This document shows positions 1 through 8,543 of a stretch of 64,000 nt of DNA, piece after piece (positions within the stretch are counted from its first letter, which is position 1; each line of letters opens with the position of its first letter). The notes beneath the pieces are model-generated. The model worked only from the letters and a program-made list of their open reading frames with translations. It made no database searches and was not told where the DNA came from. The stretch lies in contig JAJNBB010000004.1 of assembly GCA_021155885.1 (NCBI GenBank), positions 5,725-69,724 on the forward strand. Direction: 5' to 3'. The position numbers and the translations under genes were made by a program. Source of the stretch: Fibrobacteria bacterium (GTDB lineage: Bacteria; Fibrobacterota; Fibrobacteria; UBA11236).

Positions 1-2
1 TC

Positions 3-686
3 GACGCGGACCCGCGCACCGCCTTCTGGCTCAAGGTCGCCGGCGTCCGCCGCGTCGTTTCCTACCGCCGCGCCTTCGGGGTCCTCTTCGACGAAACGTT
101 TCCGTTACCCGAGCCGTCGATTCATCAGGCGGACAGGGACATGCGGGTGGTGGAGGAATGGTTGAAGAGAGACGGGGGTCGGGGGACGGGAGTCGGGGGT
201 GAACACAAAACACAAATGTCTCCCTCTGCATCCTCTCTCACAACCCCCGACCCCCGACCCCCGACCCTTTCCGCTCCCTGGGTCCTCTCCGTGTGGACCC
301 GCAAGGCCTCGAAGAACTGGCCCCTGGAGCGCTGGGAGGCCCTGATGGAAAAGCTGACGGGCGCCGGCATTCCCTTCGTGGTGCTGGATCCTCCCGATGG
401 CGACGCGGCCTTCCGGGAATTCCGGCGGCGCGGACGCGCGGACTTCCTGCGGGGAACGCTGCCTGAAATCGCCGACGCGGTCCGTGCCGGCGCCGGGGTG
501 ATCGCCACCGACAACTTCCTGGGGCACATGGCGGCCTATTACGGCAAGCCCGTCTTGTGGATCAACCTGAGTTCGCCCGCCGCGCAAGTCGAGCCCCGCG
601 GCCCGCGCACCTTGGCCGCGCACCGCCCCTCCGTCGAAGAAGCCTGGCGCACCTTCGAAAACCTGCGCGGACCGGCACCCGCCTAG
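3..686 (+). CDS. ADP-heptose:LPS heptosyltransferase (glycosyltransferase family 9), 5'-partial
   Basis: Frame 3 is open from the window edge (TAFWLKVAGVRRVVSYRRAFGVLFDETFP...HQADRD) and continues into the 141..686 ORF. It has GT9 C-terminal-domain motifs (VWTRKASKNWPLERWEALMEKL, GIPFVVL, GTLPEIADAVRAGAGVIATDNFLGHMAAYYGKPVLWI). The N-terminus lies outside the window. Confidence 0.75.
   Translation, partial: DADPRTAFWLKVAGVRRVVSYRRAFGVLFDETFPLPEPSIHQADRDMRVVEEWLKRDGGRGTGVGGEHKTQMSPSASSLTTPDPRPPTLSAPWVLSVWTRKASKNWPLERWEALMEKLTGAGIPFVVLDPPDGDAAFREFRRRGRADFLRGTLPEIADAVRAGAGVIATDNFLGHMAAYYGKPVLWINLSSPAAQVEPRGPRTLAAHRPSVEEAWRTFENLRGPAPA
171..267. repeat. G5/C5-run inverted-repeat element, copy 1 (inside the GT9 CDS)
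   Basis: Left arm 171-200 is gacgggggtcgggggacgggagtcgggggt and right arm 243-267 is acccccgacccccgacccccgaccc. By hand alignment 23 of 25 positions are complementary. The loop is about 42 nt. The arm style matches the element at 55769-55850. Confidence 0.8.
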
Positions 687-2164
687 GGCGGGTCCTGGCG
701 CTTCGGCGCCGTCCGCGTCGTGTCGGTCGGGGACTTTGGCTGGGTTTCCACCGGGTTACCCTGCAGGTCAAAAACCAGGTGGTAAGACTCCTCCTTGCCG
801 CTCTTCACGCCGCGGTAATCCATCTCCATGCCCACGGGGGTGACGTTGCCCACCGTGCGCACGCTGTCCCCGTTGGCATAGACGCCCTCGAAGGTCATGA
901 CTCCCAGGAAGCGCCCCTGCGCCCCGGTGTCCTGCTCGGCAGGCATGAAGGAAGAGCTGGAGTAGATCAGGGGCCCGCGCTTCCAATCTTTTCGGATGCG
1001 GAAGCCGACCAGGGCGTGCCCGTTCATCGCCTCGGGGGCCGACCCCAGCAGCAAGTCGTAGACGGCGTGGAAGGACTTCATCGAGTCGGCCGCGGCGTAC
1101 AGGGTGTCCGAGGTCACGGCCGCGGTGTCGTTCGCGCGCAGCACCGAGTCGGCGTCCGTGCCGAGGAACGAGAACGCCGTCTGGCGGCCGTTCTTCAGCG
1201 CGCGCGCGTCCCGATAGAAGAGGCGCTGGAGGCTGTCCCCGCCGGGGGAATGGAACATCCGCGCCTTCATGAACAGCGTCAGGCGCGAGGTGCCCGGCTC
1301 GTTTTCGGGGTTGCGCACCATGCGCTCGAAGGTGACGAGGCCCGTGTTCTGCCCGTCGTAGAAGGCGCGATCGCCGTCGGCATCCCGCATGCGCTTCCAT
1401 TCCAGCGTGTCCCCGGCTGCGCCGAGGCGGGTGTATTCGAACTCCTCGGGGGCCGCGGCCGCATTCAGGTAAGCGCCGTCGCGCCCGTAGATCTTGATGC
1501 GCTGGACGGTCGCCGACTGGCGGCCCGGCGCGTATAGCAGGGTCAGGAAATCGCCGTGGTCGAGCCCGCCCGCCGTGTCCAGGTTGACGGCGCGGAAGTA
1601 CTGAACCTTGTCGGCCAGCAGCCAGGTGATCGACCCGCGCGAGCTTACCAAGGTCACGAAGCTGTCCGGCTTCGCCTCGAACTCCTCGCGCGTCGCGGGG
1701 AGCTTCGTGCTGTCGGCGTGGAAGCTGCCGCCGTAGTAGTAGAACAAGGTGTCGCGGCGGATCGCCACCGAGTCTTCGTCGCAAGTAATCTTGCGGATGC
1801 GACGGAAGCGCACGAACTCCTGGATATCCCACGTCCAATAGGGAGGGAGACAGTCGGCCGAGGCCGCGCGCTTCCCGAACGCGGCGCGACGGAACAGCGG
1901 CGGCTCCACACGCAACGAGTCGAGGTTGCCTACGTCGGGGATTTCCGGCAGCTCCAGGTTTTGCAGCTCCTCCCATCCGCCGGCGGCGCCGACGTCGGCC
2001 GCGGCGATCTTGCCCAAGCGGTTCACGGTATTGGGAAAATCCTCGCCCCCGCCGCCGCCGACGCGCGCTTCCCTATCGAAGAACGTGTCCCCGCCGGCCA
2101 GGCAACCGGCCAGGAAGAGCGCGGCCGCCCCGGCGAAAAGGCGCCCCATCCCAATCCGGGACAT
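683..2164 (-). CDS. hypothetical lipoprotein
   Basis: 493-aa ORF with a signal peptide and lipobox (MSRIGMGRLFAGAAALFLAGC). It starts 3 nt after the stop of the upstream TIGR02147-like gene. I recognise no domain. Confidence 0.6.
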   Translation of the reverse strand: MSRIGMGRLFAGAAALFLAGCLAGGDTFFDREARVGGGGGEDFPNTVNRLGKIAAADVGAAGGWEELQNLELPEIPDVGNLDSLRVEPPLFRRAAFGKRAASADCLPPYWTWDIQEFVRFRRIRKITCDEDSVAIRRDTLFYYYGGSFHADSTKLPATREEFEAKPDSFVTLVSSRGSITWLLADKVQYFRAVNLDTAGGLDHGDFLTLLYAPGRQSATVQRIKIYGRDGAYLNAAAAPEEFEYTRLGAAGDTLEWKRMRDADGDRAFYDGQNTGLVTFERMVRNPENEPGTSRLTLFMKARMFHSPGGDSLQRLFYRDARALKNGRQTAFSFLGTDADSVLRANDTAAVTSDTLYAAADSMKSFHAVYDLLLGSAPEAMNGHALVGFRIRKDWKRGPLIYSSSSFMPAEQDTGAQGRFLGVMTFEGVYANGDSVRTVGNVTPVGMEMDYRGVKSGKEESYHLVFDLQGNPVETQPKSPTDTTRTAPKRQDPP

Positions 2165-2166
2165 GG

Positions 2167-3033
2167 TCAGGCTTTCCCTTTTCGCGCCCGCAAGCGTCGG
2201 GACTTGGGGAAAAGCTGCACGGAGAGTTGGAGGATCATTTCGGGGTCCGTGTCCTTTTCGACCAGATCAAGCATTTCCTTGCGGAAGTTCTCGGCCCGCT
2301 CCATCAGTTTTTTCCGGGTTTCTTCGCTCACCATGATGAGCATCGTGGAAATATGCCGGTCCGCAGGCCCAAACTTAAAAGGAACTTCCGAAGCCTGCAA
2401 AATCCATTCGCGATTCAACCGCCGGACCAGGGCCGATAGGGTGGGGGGCGGCTCCACGAATTTCTGGGTGACGTGATAACGGCCGCCGCTGGCCCGGATG
2501 ATCAGGCCCCATTCCTCGAGATCCTGCACGTACTTGCGGACCAGGGCCGGGGCCAAGGGGGGTTCCAGAAACTTTCCCAGCGCCTCGCAATCGCCGCGGA
2601 AATCGAAGGCATTCACCGCGCAACGCACCAGGGAATAGTGATAGTCCTGATAGTATTTGACCAAAGAAGGGCTAAACCGCGCGAAGCGGCTGCGGTTGCG
2701 GCGGAGCAGAAGGTCCTGATAGAGGGTCTGGCGGTCGGCGTCGCGCTTGGCCTGGCCGAATTCGGTCAAACGCAGCAAAAACTCGGTTTCAGCCTCATTT
2801 AGCCCGAAAACCGGCGCCATTTTCTGGGCCTGGTTGCGGCTCAGCGTCCGCTTGCCGATGATGACGTCGAGCAAATACCCGGGGTTGCTGATGGATGCGT
2901 CGCGGGCGAATTTTCGATAGGAGTAGGCGGGGTCCGAAGCCTTGAGAAATTCGAAAGCCGCTTTCAGAAACGCCCGAAAGTCATCGTACTGATAGACGTT
3001 GGGGCGTGACGGGATTTTGGGGGCAGCTTCCAT
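2167..3033 (-). CDS. TIGR02147-family protein (Fibrobacter-type paralogous family, DUF4423-like)
   Basis: The sequence MEAAPKIPSRPNVYQYDDFRAFLKAAFEFLKASDPAYSYRKFARDASISNPGYLLDVIIGKRTLS matches my memory of the TIGR02147 N-terminus. I trimmed the listed ORF (2167..3123) to the internal ATG at 3033. Confidence 0.6.
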   Translation of the reverse strand: MEAAPKIPSRPNVYQYDDFRAFLKAAFEFLKASDPAYSYRKFARDASISNPGYLLDVIIGKRTLSRNQAQKMAPVFGLNEAETEFLLRLTEFGQAKRDADRQTLYQDLLLRRNRSRFARFSPSLVKYYQDYHYSLVRCAVNAFDFRGDCEALGKFLEPPLAPALVRKYVQDLEEWGLIIRASGGRYHVTQKFVEPPPTLSALVRRLNREWILQASEVPFKFGPADRHISTMLIMVSEETRKKLMERAENFRKEMLDLVEKDTDPEMILQLSVQLFPKSRRLRARKGKA

Positions 3034-3319
3034 GATTGTTTCCGCCGCAATGGCAAGGCCCGCCGTCCTGCAGGACGGCGGGCCGGTAACCGGAATGCGG
3101 GTTTCCGGTCTTGCCGAGAGCACGTCCGGGTCCCCACCCAGCCGACGCTCCCCCTCTCTCCCCGTAATTCGATCCCTTCAGGGTTCGCTTCATGGGTGTC
3201 ACTGAGGGAGAATATATCGAGGGTTTTCGGGCCCGGCAACCTGTTTTTAAATCCAAGATAACACCTTGATAACACTTTATGGGCATTTTTTAGTCAAAAA
3301 AACCGATTTTTACCTCCAT

Positions 3320-3340
3320 ATTTGAAATCAGTATTCAAAT
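3320..3340. promoter_or_regulatory. 7-7-7 palindrome ATTTGAA-N7-TTCAAAT in an AT-rich divergent control region
   Basis: Perfect inverted heptamers at 3320-3326 and 3334-3340. They are flanked by GATAAC motifs at 3257, 3268, 3345 and 3367. The site lies about 150 nt upstream of dps. Confidence 0.35.
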
Positions 3341-3488
3341 TTTAGATAACGGATTTCGTCGGAGAGGATAACGTGTACTTCCCGGTTTTTCGCGATTTTT
3401 AAAAGAATTTGGCCGAATTTTCGATTTCAGGTGGGCGACGCTAGCTCAGGGACATAGTTTGCATGAAAGAACCCTATTGGAGGCCGTT

Positions 3489-3959
3489 ATGGAACTGGAT
3501 ATCGGAATCAACAAAAAAGACCGTGAAAAAATCGCCGAAGGGCTCACGAAGACCTTGGCGGACACCTATACCCTTTACCTGAAAACCCACAATTTTCATT
3601 TCAACGTGACGGGCCCGCAGTTCCAGACCTTGCATCTCATGTTCGAGACGCAGTATAACGAGCTCTGGCTCGCCTTGGACCTCATCGCCGAGCGCATTCG
3701 CGCCCTGGGCGTTTTCGTGCCGGGCTTCCACGAACTGGACAAGATCGCTTCGATCAAGTCGGACGAAGGCGTGCCGAAGGCCACGGAAATGATCCAGTCC
3801 CTCGTGAAGGGCCACGAGGCGGTCACCAAGACGGCGCGCGGGGTTTTCGAAATCGCGGACAAGTCGAAGGACCAGCCCACGGCCGACCTGCTGACCGAGC
3901 GCATGAACGTCCACGAAAAAACCGCGTGGATGCTGCGCAGCCTGCTGGAAAAACCGTAA
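3489..3959 (+). CDS. dps: Dps-family DNA-binding ferritin-like protein
   Basis: Dps motifs are present ([38 protein letters not shown]...[11 protein letters not shown]...DQPTADLL). The ATG at 3489 follows GGAGG (3479-3483). The listed ORF starts at a TTG at 3459. Confidence 0.9.
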   Translation: MELDIGINKKDREKIAEGLTKTLADTYTLYLKTHNFHFNVTGPQFQTLHLMFETQYNELWLALDLIAERIRALGVFVPGFHELDKIASIKSDEGVPKATEMIQSLVKGHEAVTKTARGVFEIADKSKDQPTADLLTERMNVHEKTAWMLRSLLEKP

Positions 3960-3997
3960 GGATTGTTTGGGGGCCGCCGTGGGGCGTTCGCCCCGAA

Positions 3998-4031
3998 CAA
4001 AAAGGGACGCGCGAATGCGCGTCCCTTTTTC
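3998..4031. terminator. bidirectional rho-independent terminator
   Basis: The stem gggacgcgc/gcgcgtccc (4004-4025) has a GAAT loop, an A-tract upstream and a T-tract downstream. It sits between the convergent dps and hldE genes. Confidence 0.7.
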
Positions 4032-4206
4032 GTCTCAACCACCGGCGCTCTCATGGTGGTTCAGCCGCAAGCGGCTTCACATCGGCGGCAAGCGCCGATC
4101 CGACAGGCTCAGCCTGAGCGGACAGGAAACCGCTCACCCTGAGCTTGTCGCGTCGGCATGGAATGCCGACATGAGGCCCTTGGGCCGAATCACGGTGAAA
4201 ACGATA

Positions 4207-5652
4207 TTATGAAGACGCCTTGATCTTCGCGACGATCTGGCTGGTGGAAAGCCCCGGGATTTTCTCGACGATGTGGACGCGGCCCCCGTGCTTGCGCACG
4301 GTGGGCGCCTCGACGCAGTCGGCCCCGTATTCCGATCCGTTCACGTGCACGTCGGGCCTGATCTCCTCGAGGAAAGGCATGGGGACGTCTTCGTCGAAGA
4401 TGTGCGCGTAGTCGACGCAGCGCAGCGCCAGCAGCATCCGCGCGCGCTCTTCCTCGGGAATCAGGGGCCGGTCGGCCGACTTGTAGCGCTTCACCGACGC
4501 GTCGCTGTTCAGGCCCACGATCAGCACGTCTCCCTGCCGCTTGGCCTCCTCGAGGATGTGCAGGTGCCCCGCGTGCAGGAGGTCGAACGACCCGTTGAGG
4601 GTCACGATGCGCTTGCCCTGCGCGCGCAGCAGCGCCGCCAGCGGCGCCAGCCCCCGGCGGTCGACGCGGCGCGTACCGTGCAGGGAGTCGTGCAGGATCT
4701 CTTCCTGCGTGACCGTCGCCGTGCCGAGCTTGGCCACCACGACGCCCGCCGCGAGGTTCGCCAGCTCCGCGGCTTCGGCATGATCGAGGCCGGCGCCCAC
4801 CGCGAGCGCGAAGGCCGCCACCACCGTGTCGCCCGCCCCCGAGACGTCGTAGACCTCGCGCGCCGCCGTGGGCCGGTGGAACGAGGCGCCCGTGTCCCGG
4901 TCGAAGAAGGCCATGCCCGCGGGCCCCAAGGTCAGCAGCACGTGGGACCCCAGTTGGCGGCGAAGAGCCTCGCCCACCTCCCGCACGTGCTCCGGGGTGG
5001 ACTCGCGATCGCTCCAGCCCAGGAGCCCGAGCGATTCCTTCCAGTTCGGCGTCACGTATCCGGCGCCGCCGTAGCGCGCCGCGTGCTGCGGCCGCGGATC
5101 GAGGAGGAGCGGCTTGCCCGCCGCCTTCGCCTCGGCGATCAGCGCCTGCGTCAGCGTGGCCGTGAAAAAACCCTTGGCGTAATCCGATAGCACCACGGCC
5201 CCGGCACTCTTCAAATGCCGGCGGAAGGCGGCCAGCACGGCCGCTTCGGTGGCCGCCGAAACGTCGCGCGTATCCTCGTGATCCAGGCGCAGCAACTGCT
5301 GGCGCTGTCCCACGAGCCGCGTCTTGACCAAGGTCGGACGCCCGTCCTCGAAGGGCTCCACCGCGATGCGCGAACCGTCGCACAGGGCCTGGAAGGATTT
5401 TCCCGCGTTGTCGCGCGGGTCGATGAGGGCGAAGAGAACGGGACGGCCGCCCAGTGAAGCGATGTTGGCGGCCGTGTTGGCGGCGCCACCGAGCACGCGA
5501 CGGGTCTTTTCAGGATCCACCCGCAGAATCGGTACGGGCGCCTCCGGCGACAAACGCGAACAATCCCCCGTGAGGTATTCGTCCACCATGCTGTCGCCCA
5601 GCACCAAAATGTTCACGTCGGTAAATCGCCGGAGCGCGCCTGGAATGTCCAT
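4207..5652 (-). CDS. hldE: bifunctional D-beta-D-heptose 7-phosphate kinase / heptose 1-phosphate adenylyltransferase
   Basis: The N-terminus is a ribokinase-like domain (VNILVLGDSMVDEYLTGDCSRLSPEAPVPIL). The C-terminus is a cytidylyltransferase domain (VTLNGSFDLLHAGHLHILEEAKRQGDVLIVGLNSDASV). I trimmed the start to MDIPGALRRF (cat at 5650-5652). Confidence 0.9.
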   Translation of the reverse strand: MDIPGALRRFTDVNILVLGDSMVDEYLTGDCSRLSPEAPVPILRVDPEKTRRVLGGAANTAANIASLGGRPVLFALIDPRDNAGKSFQALCDGSRIAVEPFEDGRPTLVKTRLVGQRQQLLRLDHEDTRDVSAATEAAVLAAFRRHLKSAGAVVLSDYAKGFFTATLTQALIAEAKAAGKPLLLDPRPQHAARYGGAGYVTPNWKESLGLLGWSDRESTPEHVREVGEALRRQLGSHVLLTLGPAGMAFFDRDTGASFHRPTAAREVYDVSGAGDTVVAAFALAVGAGLDHAEAAELANLAAGVVVAKLGTATVTQEEILHDSLHGTRRVDRRGLAPLAALLRAQGKRIVTLNGSFDLLHAGHLHILEEAKRQGDVLIVGLNSDASVKRYKSADRPLIPEEERARMLLALRCVDYAHIFDEDVPMPFLEEIRPDVHVNGSEYGADCVEAPTVRKHGGRVHIVEKIPGLSTSQIVAKIKASS

Positions 5653-5793
5653 GACCGTGAATTTTACCAAAAAACCCGGGGCCCCGGTCTTCCGGGGCGG
5701 GAAAGTGCGCAAACGGGACCTGAAGGAGATATTCGCGACTAAATTGGCCCTATGATCCGGATCGGAAGACAAGCGAGGAATCGTCGGGGTGTG

Positions 5794-6234
5794 ATGGCTT
5801 TTTGCGCCGCGTACCTGCTTTTCCTCCTTTCTCCGCACTTTGAGACCTTGACCCATAGCCACGCCCACGACGGCCGCGCGCACCATCATGACTTTCTGAG
5901 CGCGCACGACGTCGCCCTCGAACGCGCGCTGTTGACGGCATCAATTCCCGGAATCGCGGGTGTCGGGCCCCGGGGTGAGAGCGCGGCCGCCCTGCGCCCG
6001 AAGGTTGCTTCAGGGGAAGCCGTGCCGCAAGGAACCGCGGCCCTGCGGACCGCCGCCGCGAACCGGCACACGCACGGTCAGGAAGATCCCAACCTGCTCG
6101 CACTCGGTTCTCAGGCGCTCCCCGTCCATCTCGTCTTCGCGCCGCTTCCGAGGCTCGAGACACCCGCCGTCCTCGCGGCGGAAACCCCGGTCCCGCGGGC
6201 CGGCGCCCGCGCGCCTCCTGTGCGCTTTATCTGA
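5794..6234 (+). CDS. hypothetical His-rich protein with N-terminal hydrophobic segment
   Basis: ORF MAFCAAYLLFLLSPHFETLTHSHAHDGRAHHHDF... with GC-rich third codon positions. It lies 130 nt upstream of the TonB-dependent receptor on the same strand. I recognise no homolog, so coding status is uncertain. Confidence 0.3.
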   Translation: MAFCAAYLLFLLSPHFETLTHSHAHDGRAHHHDFLSAHDVALERALLTASIPGIAGVGPRGESAAALRPKVASGEAVPQGTAALRTAAANRHTHGQEDPNLLALGSQALPVHLVFAPLPRLETPAVLAAETPVPRAGARAPPVRFI

Positions 6235-6367
6235 GTCGCCCCGGGCGACCTGGTCCCCACAAAAAAATCGCACGGTCGCGGGTCAAGCCGAAGGCATGAA
6301 GCCGGAAGGCTGAATCAACCCGCGCGTTCAAACACATCCCCTCCCGGGGACGGGCAAAGGATTTTTC

Positions 6368-8497
6368 ATGAAACCGTTTTGGAAAAAGCATTTGAAATTC
6401 GGCGCGCTCTGTGCCGGAATCCTTTTCGGATCCGCCGCGGCCGACGGGGAGCATTCCGGCCTCCCCTCCCTGTCTTACGGCAGCGAAACCCCGGGGAAAG
6501 ACAGCGCGGACATCCATGACGAGGATCACGACGTGCTGGAAATCGCGCCCGGCACCGCGCACGGGCACAGGCCCGTCACGGCCTCCAACAGCCAGACGAT
6601 TCGCGACCGCGATCTATCGCTGCGTCCCCTGACCGACCCGGCCGACATCCTGAAAGTCACGCCCGGGCTCTTCGTGGGCCAGCACGCGGGCGGCGGCAAG
6701 GCCAACCAGTACTTCATCCGCGGCTTCGACATCGACCACGGCACCGACCTGGCGCTGTGGCTCGACGGGATGCCCATCAACAACGTGAGCCACGGCCACG
6801 GCCAGGGCTATGCCGACTTCCACTTCATCATTCCCGAACTGGTGAACCAGGTGGAGGTGAACAAGGGGCCCACCGACATCGCCTACGGCGACTTCGCGAC
6901 GGCGGGTTCGGTGAGCATGAGCACGCGCGGCCGCTTGAACGAAAACCAGGTGTACTTGTCGGGCGGCATGTGGGGCACGCAACGCGCGCTGGCGATGCTG
7001 ACGCTGAAGGTCCCCGCCCGCCCGCTGTTGGCGATGGAAGTGTACCACTCCGACGGCCCGTACAAGAATCCCGAGGACATGGACCGCTTCAACCTGTTCC
7101 TCAAGGTTCCGGTAATCCAGGCGCGATCCTCGGCGCTTCATCTGACCTTGATGGGGTACGGCGCGGGCTGGAACGGATCGGGACAAATCCCCAGGCGCGC
7201 TATCGACAATGGGTGGATCGACCGCTACGGCTCCGGGGACCCGTCCGAAGGCGGCAGCTCGCAGCGGCACAGCGTTTCGCTGAACTACGCCGCGACCCCG
7301 AACGACAGGGATGAAATCACGGCGACCGCCTACGTCATCAACTATCGCCTTTCGCTTTTCTCGAACTTCACGTTCTTCGCGGCCGATTCGGTGCGCGGTG
7401 ACCAGATCAGCCAGCGCGACGACCGCGTCGTGACCGGTTTCCAGGCGACCTACAGCCACGCGCACGAACTCGCGGCGATTCCGGCCGCGGCGCGTTTCGG
7501 CATGAGCGCGCGCAACGACCTGATCCATGCCAACCTCGACTACGCGGAGCAGCGCGCGGTCACCGGGCGCATCGTGGACGCCGACGTGCGCGAAGGGAGC
7601 CTGGGCGCCTGGTTCATGGAATCCGTCACGCCCTTTCCCTGGCTGTATGCCGAGGCCGGCGTGCGTGCCGACCACTTCGGCTTTAGCACGGTGGACAACC
7701 TCCAGGATACGGGCGCGGCTTCGGTGACGGGCGTACGCGACGCCACGATCTTCAGCCCCAAGGTCAACGTGGTGATCACGCCCTTCAAAAAGACGGACAT
7801 CTACCTCAACTACGGCGAGGGATTTCATTCCAACGACGCCCGCGGCGTGACCGCGCGCACCGACCCGGCACGTCCGCTCACCAAGGCCCGGGGCTACGAG
7901 GTGGGAACGCGCACGAACTTGTGGGACCGCTGGGACCTGGCGGCCTCGCTCTGGCAGCTTGACATGGATGGGGAATTCGTGTGGGTGGGCGACGGCGGCT
8001 TCACCGAGGAAAACGGGGCCACGCGTCGTCGAGGCCTCGATTTCGAGACGCGCCTGCAAATCCTGCCGTGGCTATGGGCCGACTTCGACATGACCCTGTG
8101 CACGGCCGAGTTCACCCGCAACGCCGGCAACGGCACGGCGGTGGCCCTCGCGCCGCGGCGGACGATGGCCGGAGGACTCTCCGCCCGGCATCGGGCCGGA
8201 TGGTACGGAAGCCTGCGCGCCCACGGCCTCGACACGCGGCCCGCCGACGAGGCGAACGCTTTCCAGGCCGAGGGGTTCACGGTCGTGGACCTGGCCGCCG
8301 GATACCGGCGCCAGCAATGGGAGGTCGTCGTGAACGTGGGGAATTTGCTGGACACGGAATGGTATACCGCGCAATTCGAGAACGAATCGCGCGTGCGGCG
8401 GCCGGACGGCGCCCTGGAACCGGTCCCGGTCACCGACATGCACGTGGTGCCCGGCCCGCCGGTGAACGTGAAGGGCGGGGTGCGGTTTTATTTCTGA
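6368..8497 (+). CDS. TonB-dependent outer-membrane receptor
   Basis: It has a signal peptide and a plug domain (ILKVTPGLFVGQHAGGGKANQYFIRGFDIDHGTDLALWLDGMPINN). A long beta-barrel region ends in the aromatic terminus GVRFYF. Confidence 0.85.
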   Translation: MKPFWKKHLKFGALCAGILFGSAAADGEHSGLPSLSYGSETPGKDSADIHDEDHDVLEIAPGTAHGHRPVTASNSQTIRDRDLSLRPLTDPADILKVTPGLFVGQHAGGGKANQYFIRGFDIDHGTDLALWLDGMPINNVSHGHGQGYADFHFIIPELVNQVEVNKGPTDIAYGDFATAGSVSMSTRGRLNENQVYLSGGMWGTQRALAMLTLKVPARPLLAMEVYHSDGPYKNPEDMDRFNLFLKVPVIQARSSALHLTLMGYGAGWNGSGQIPRRAIDNGWIDRYGSGDPSEGGSSQRHSVSLNYAATPNDRDEITATAYVINYRLSLFSNFTFFAADSVRGDQISQRDDRVVTGFQATYSHAHELAAIPAAARFGMSARNDLIHANLDYAEQRAVTGRIVDADVREGSLGAWFMESVTPFPWLYAEAGVRADHFGFSTVDNLQDTGAASVTGVRDATIFSPKVNVVITPFKKTDIYLNYGEGFHSNDARGVTARTDPARPLTKARGYEVGTRTNLWDRWDLAASLWQLDMDGEFVWVGDGGFTEENGATRRRGLDFETRLQILPWLWADFDMTLCTAEFTRNAGNGTAVALAPRRTMAGGLSARHRAGWYGSLRAHGLDTRPADEANAFQAEGFTVVDLAAGYRRQQWEVVVNVGNLLDTEWYTAQFENESRVRRPDGALEPVPVTDMHVVPGPPVNVKGGVRFYF

Positions 8498-8543
8498 CGA
8501 ACCTCGTTCCCGGATACAGGCCTTGCGCGCCGCAGGGCCTCCC

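Noticed and set aside
3431-3510. tRNA-like start (gggcgacgcTAGCTCAGGgacatag) upstream of dps.
   Set aside because: Only a D-arm-like TAGCTCAG word is present. No anticodon stem, T-arm (GGTTCGAATCC-type) or acceptor complement follows within 90 nt. The region overlaps the dps RBS and start.
4032-4206. Possible small RNA in the 175-nt spacer downstream of hldE (hairpins at about 4105-4145 and 4152-4170).
   Set aside because: The imperfect hairpins have no flanking promoter or U-tract that I could define. They are adequately explained as hldE 3'-UTR or terminator structure. There is not enough evidence to call an ncRNA.
4207-5907. N-terminal extensions of listed ORFs taken at face value. Examples: hldE 566 aa, recF 425 aa, ribBA 526 aa, nusB 251 aa, GT2 628 aa, flippase-like 434 aa, cydA 498 aa, nuoB 296 aa.
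   Set aside because: The extensions are Arg/Pro/Gly-rich and overlap the upstream genes. Conserved N-termini begin at internal ATG or GTG codons, often with 4-nt ATGA/GTGA coupling overlaps or a visible RBS. Coordinates were trimmed accordingly.
6235-6367. Riboswitch or Fur box upstream of the TonB-dependent receptor.
   Set aside because: There is no GATAATGATAATCATTATC-like Fur box, and I could not identify a conserved riboswitch core. Only generic GC-rich hairpins are present.
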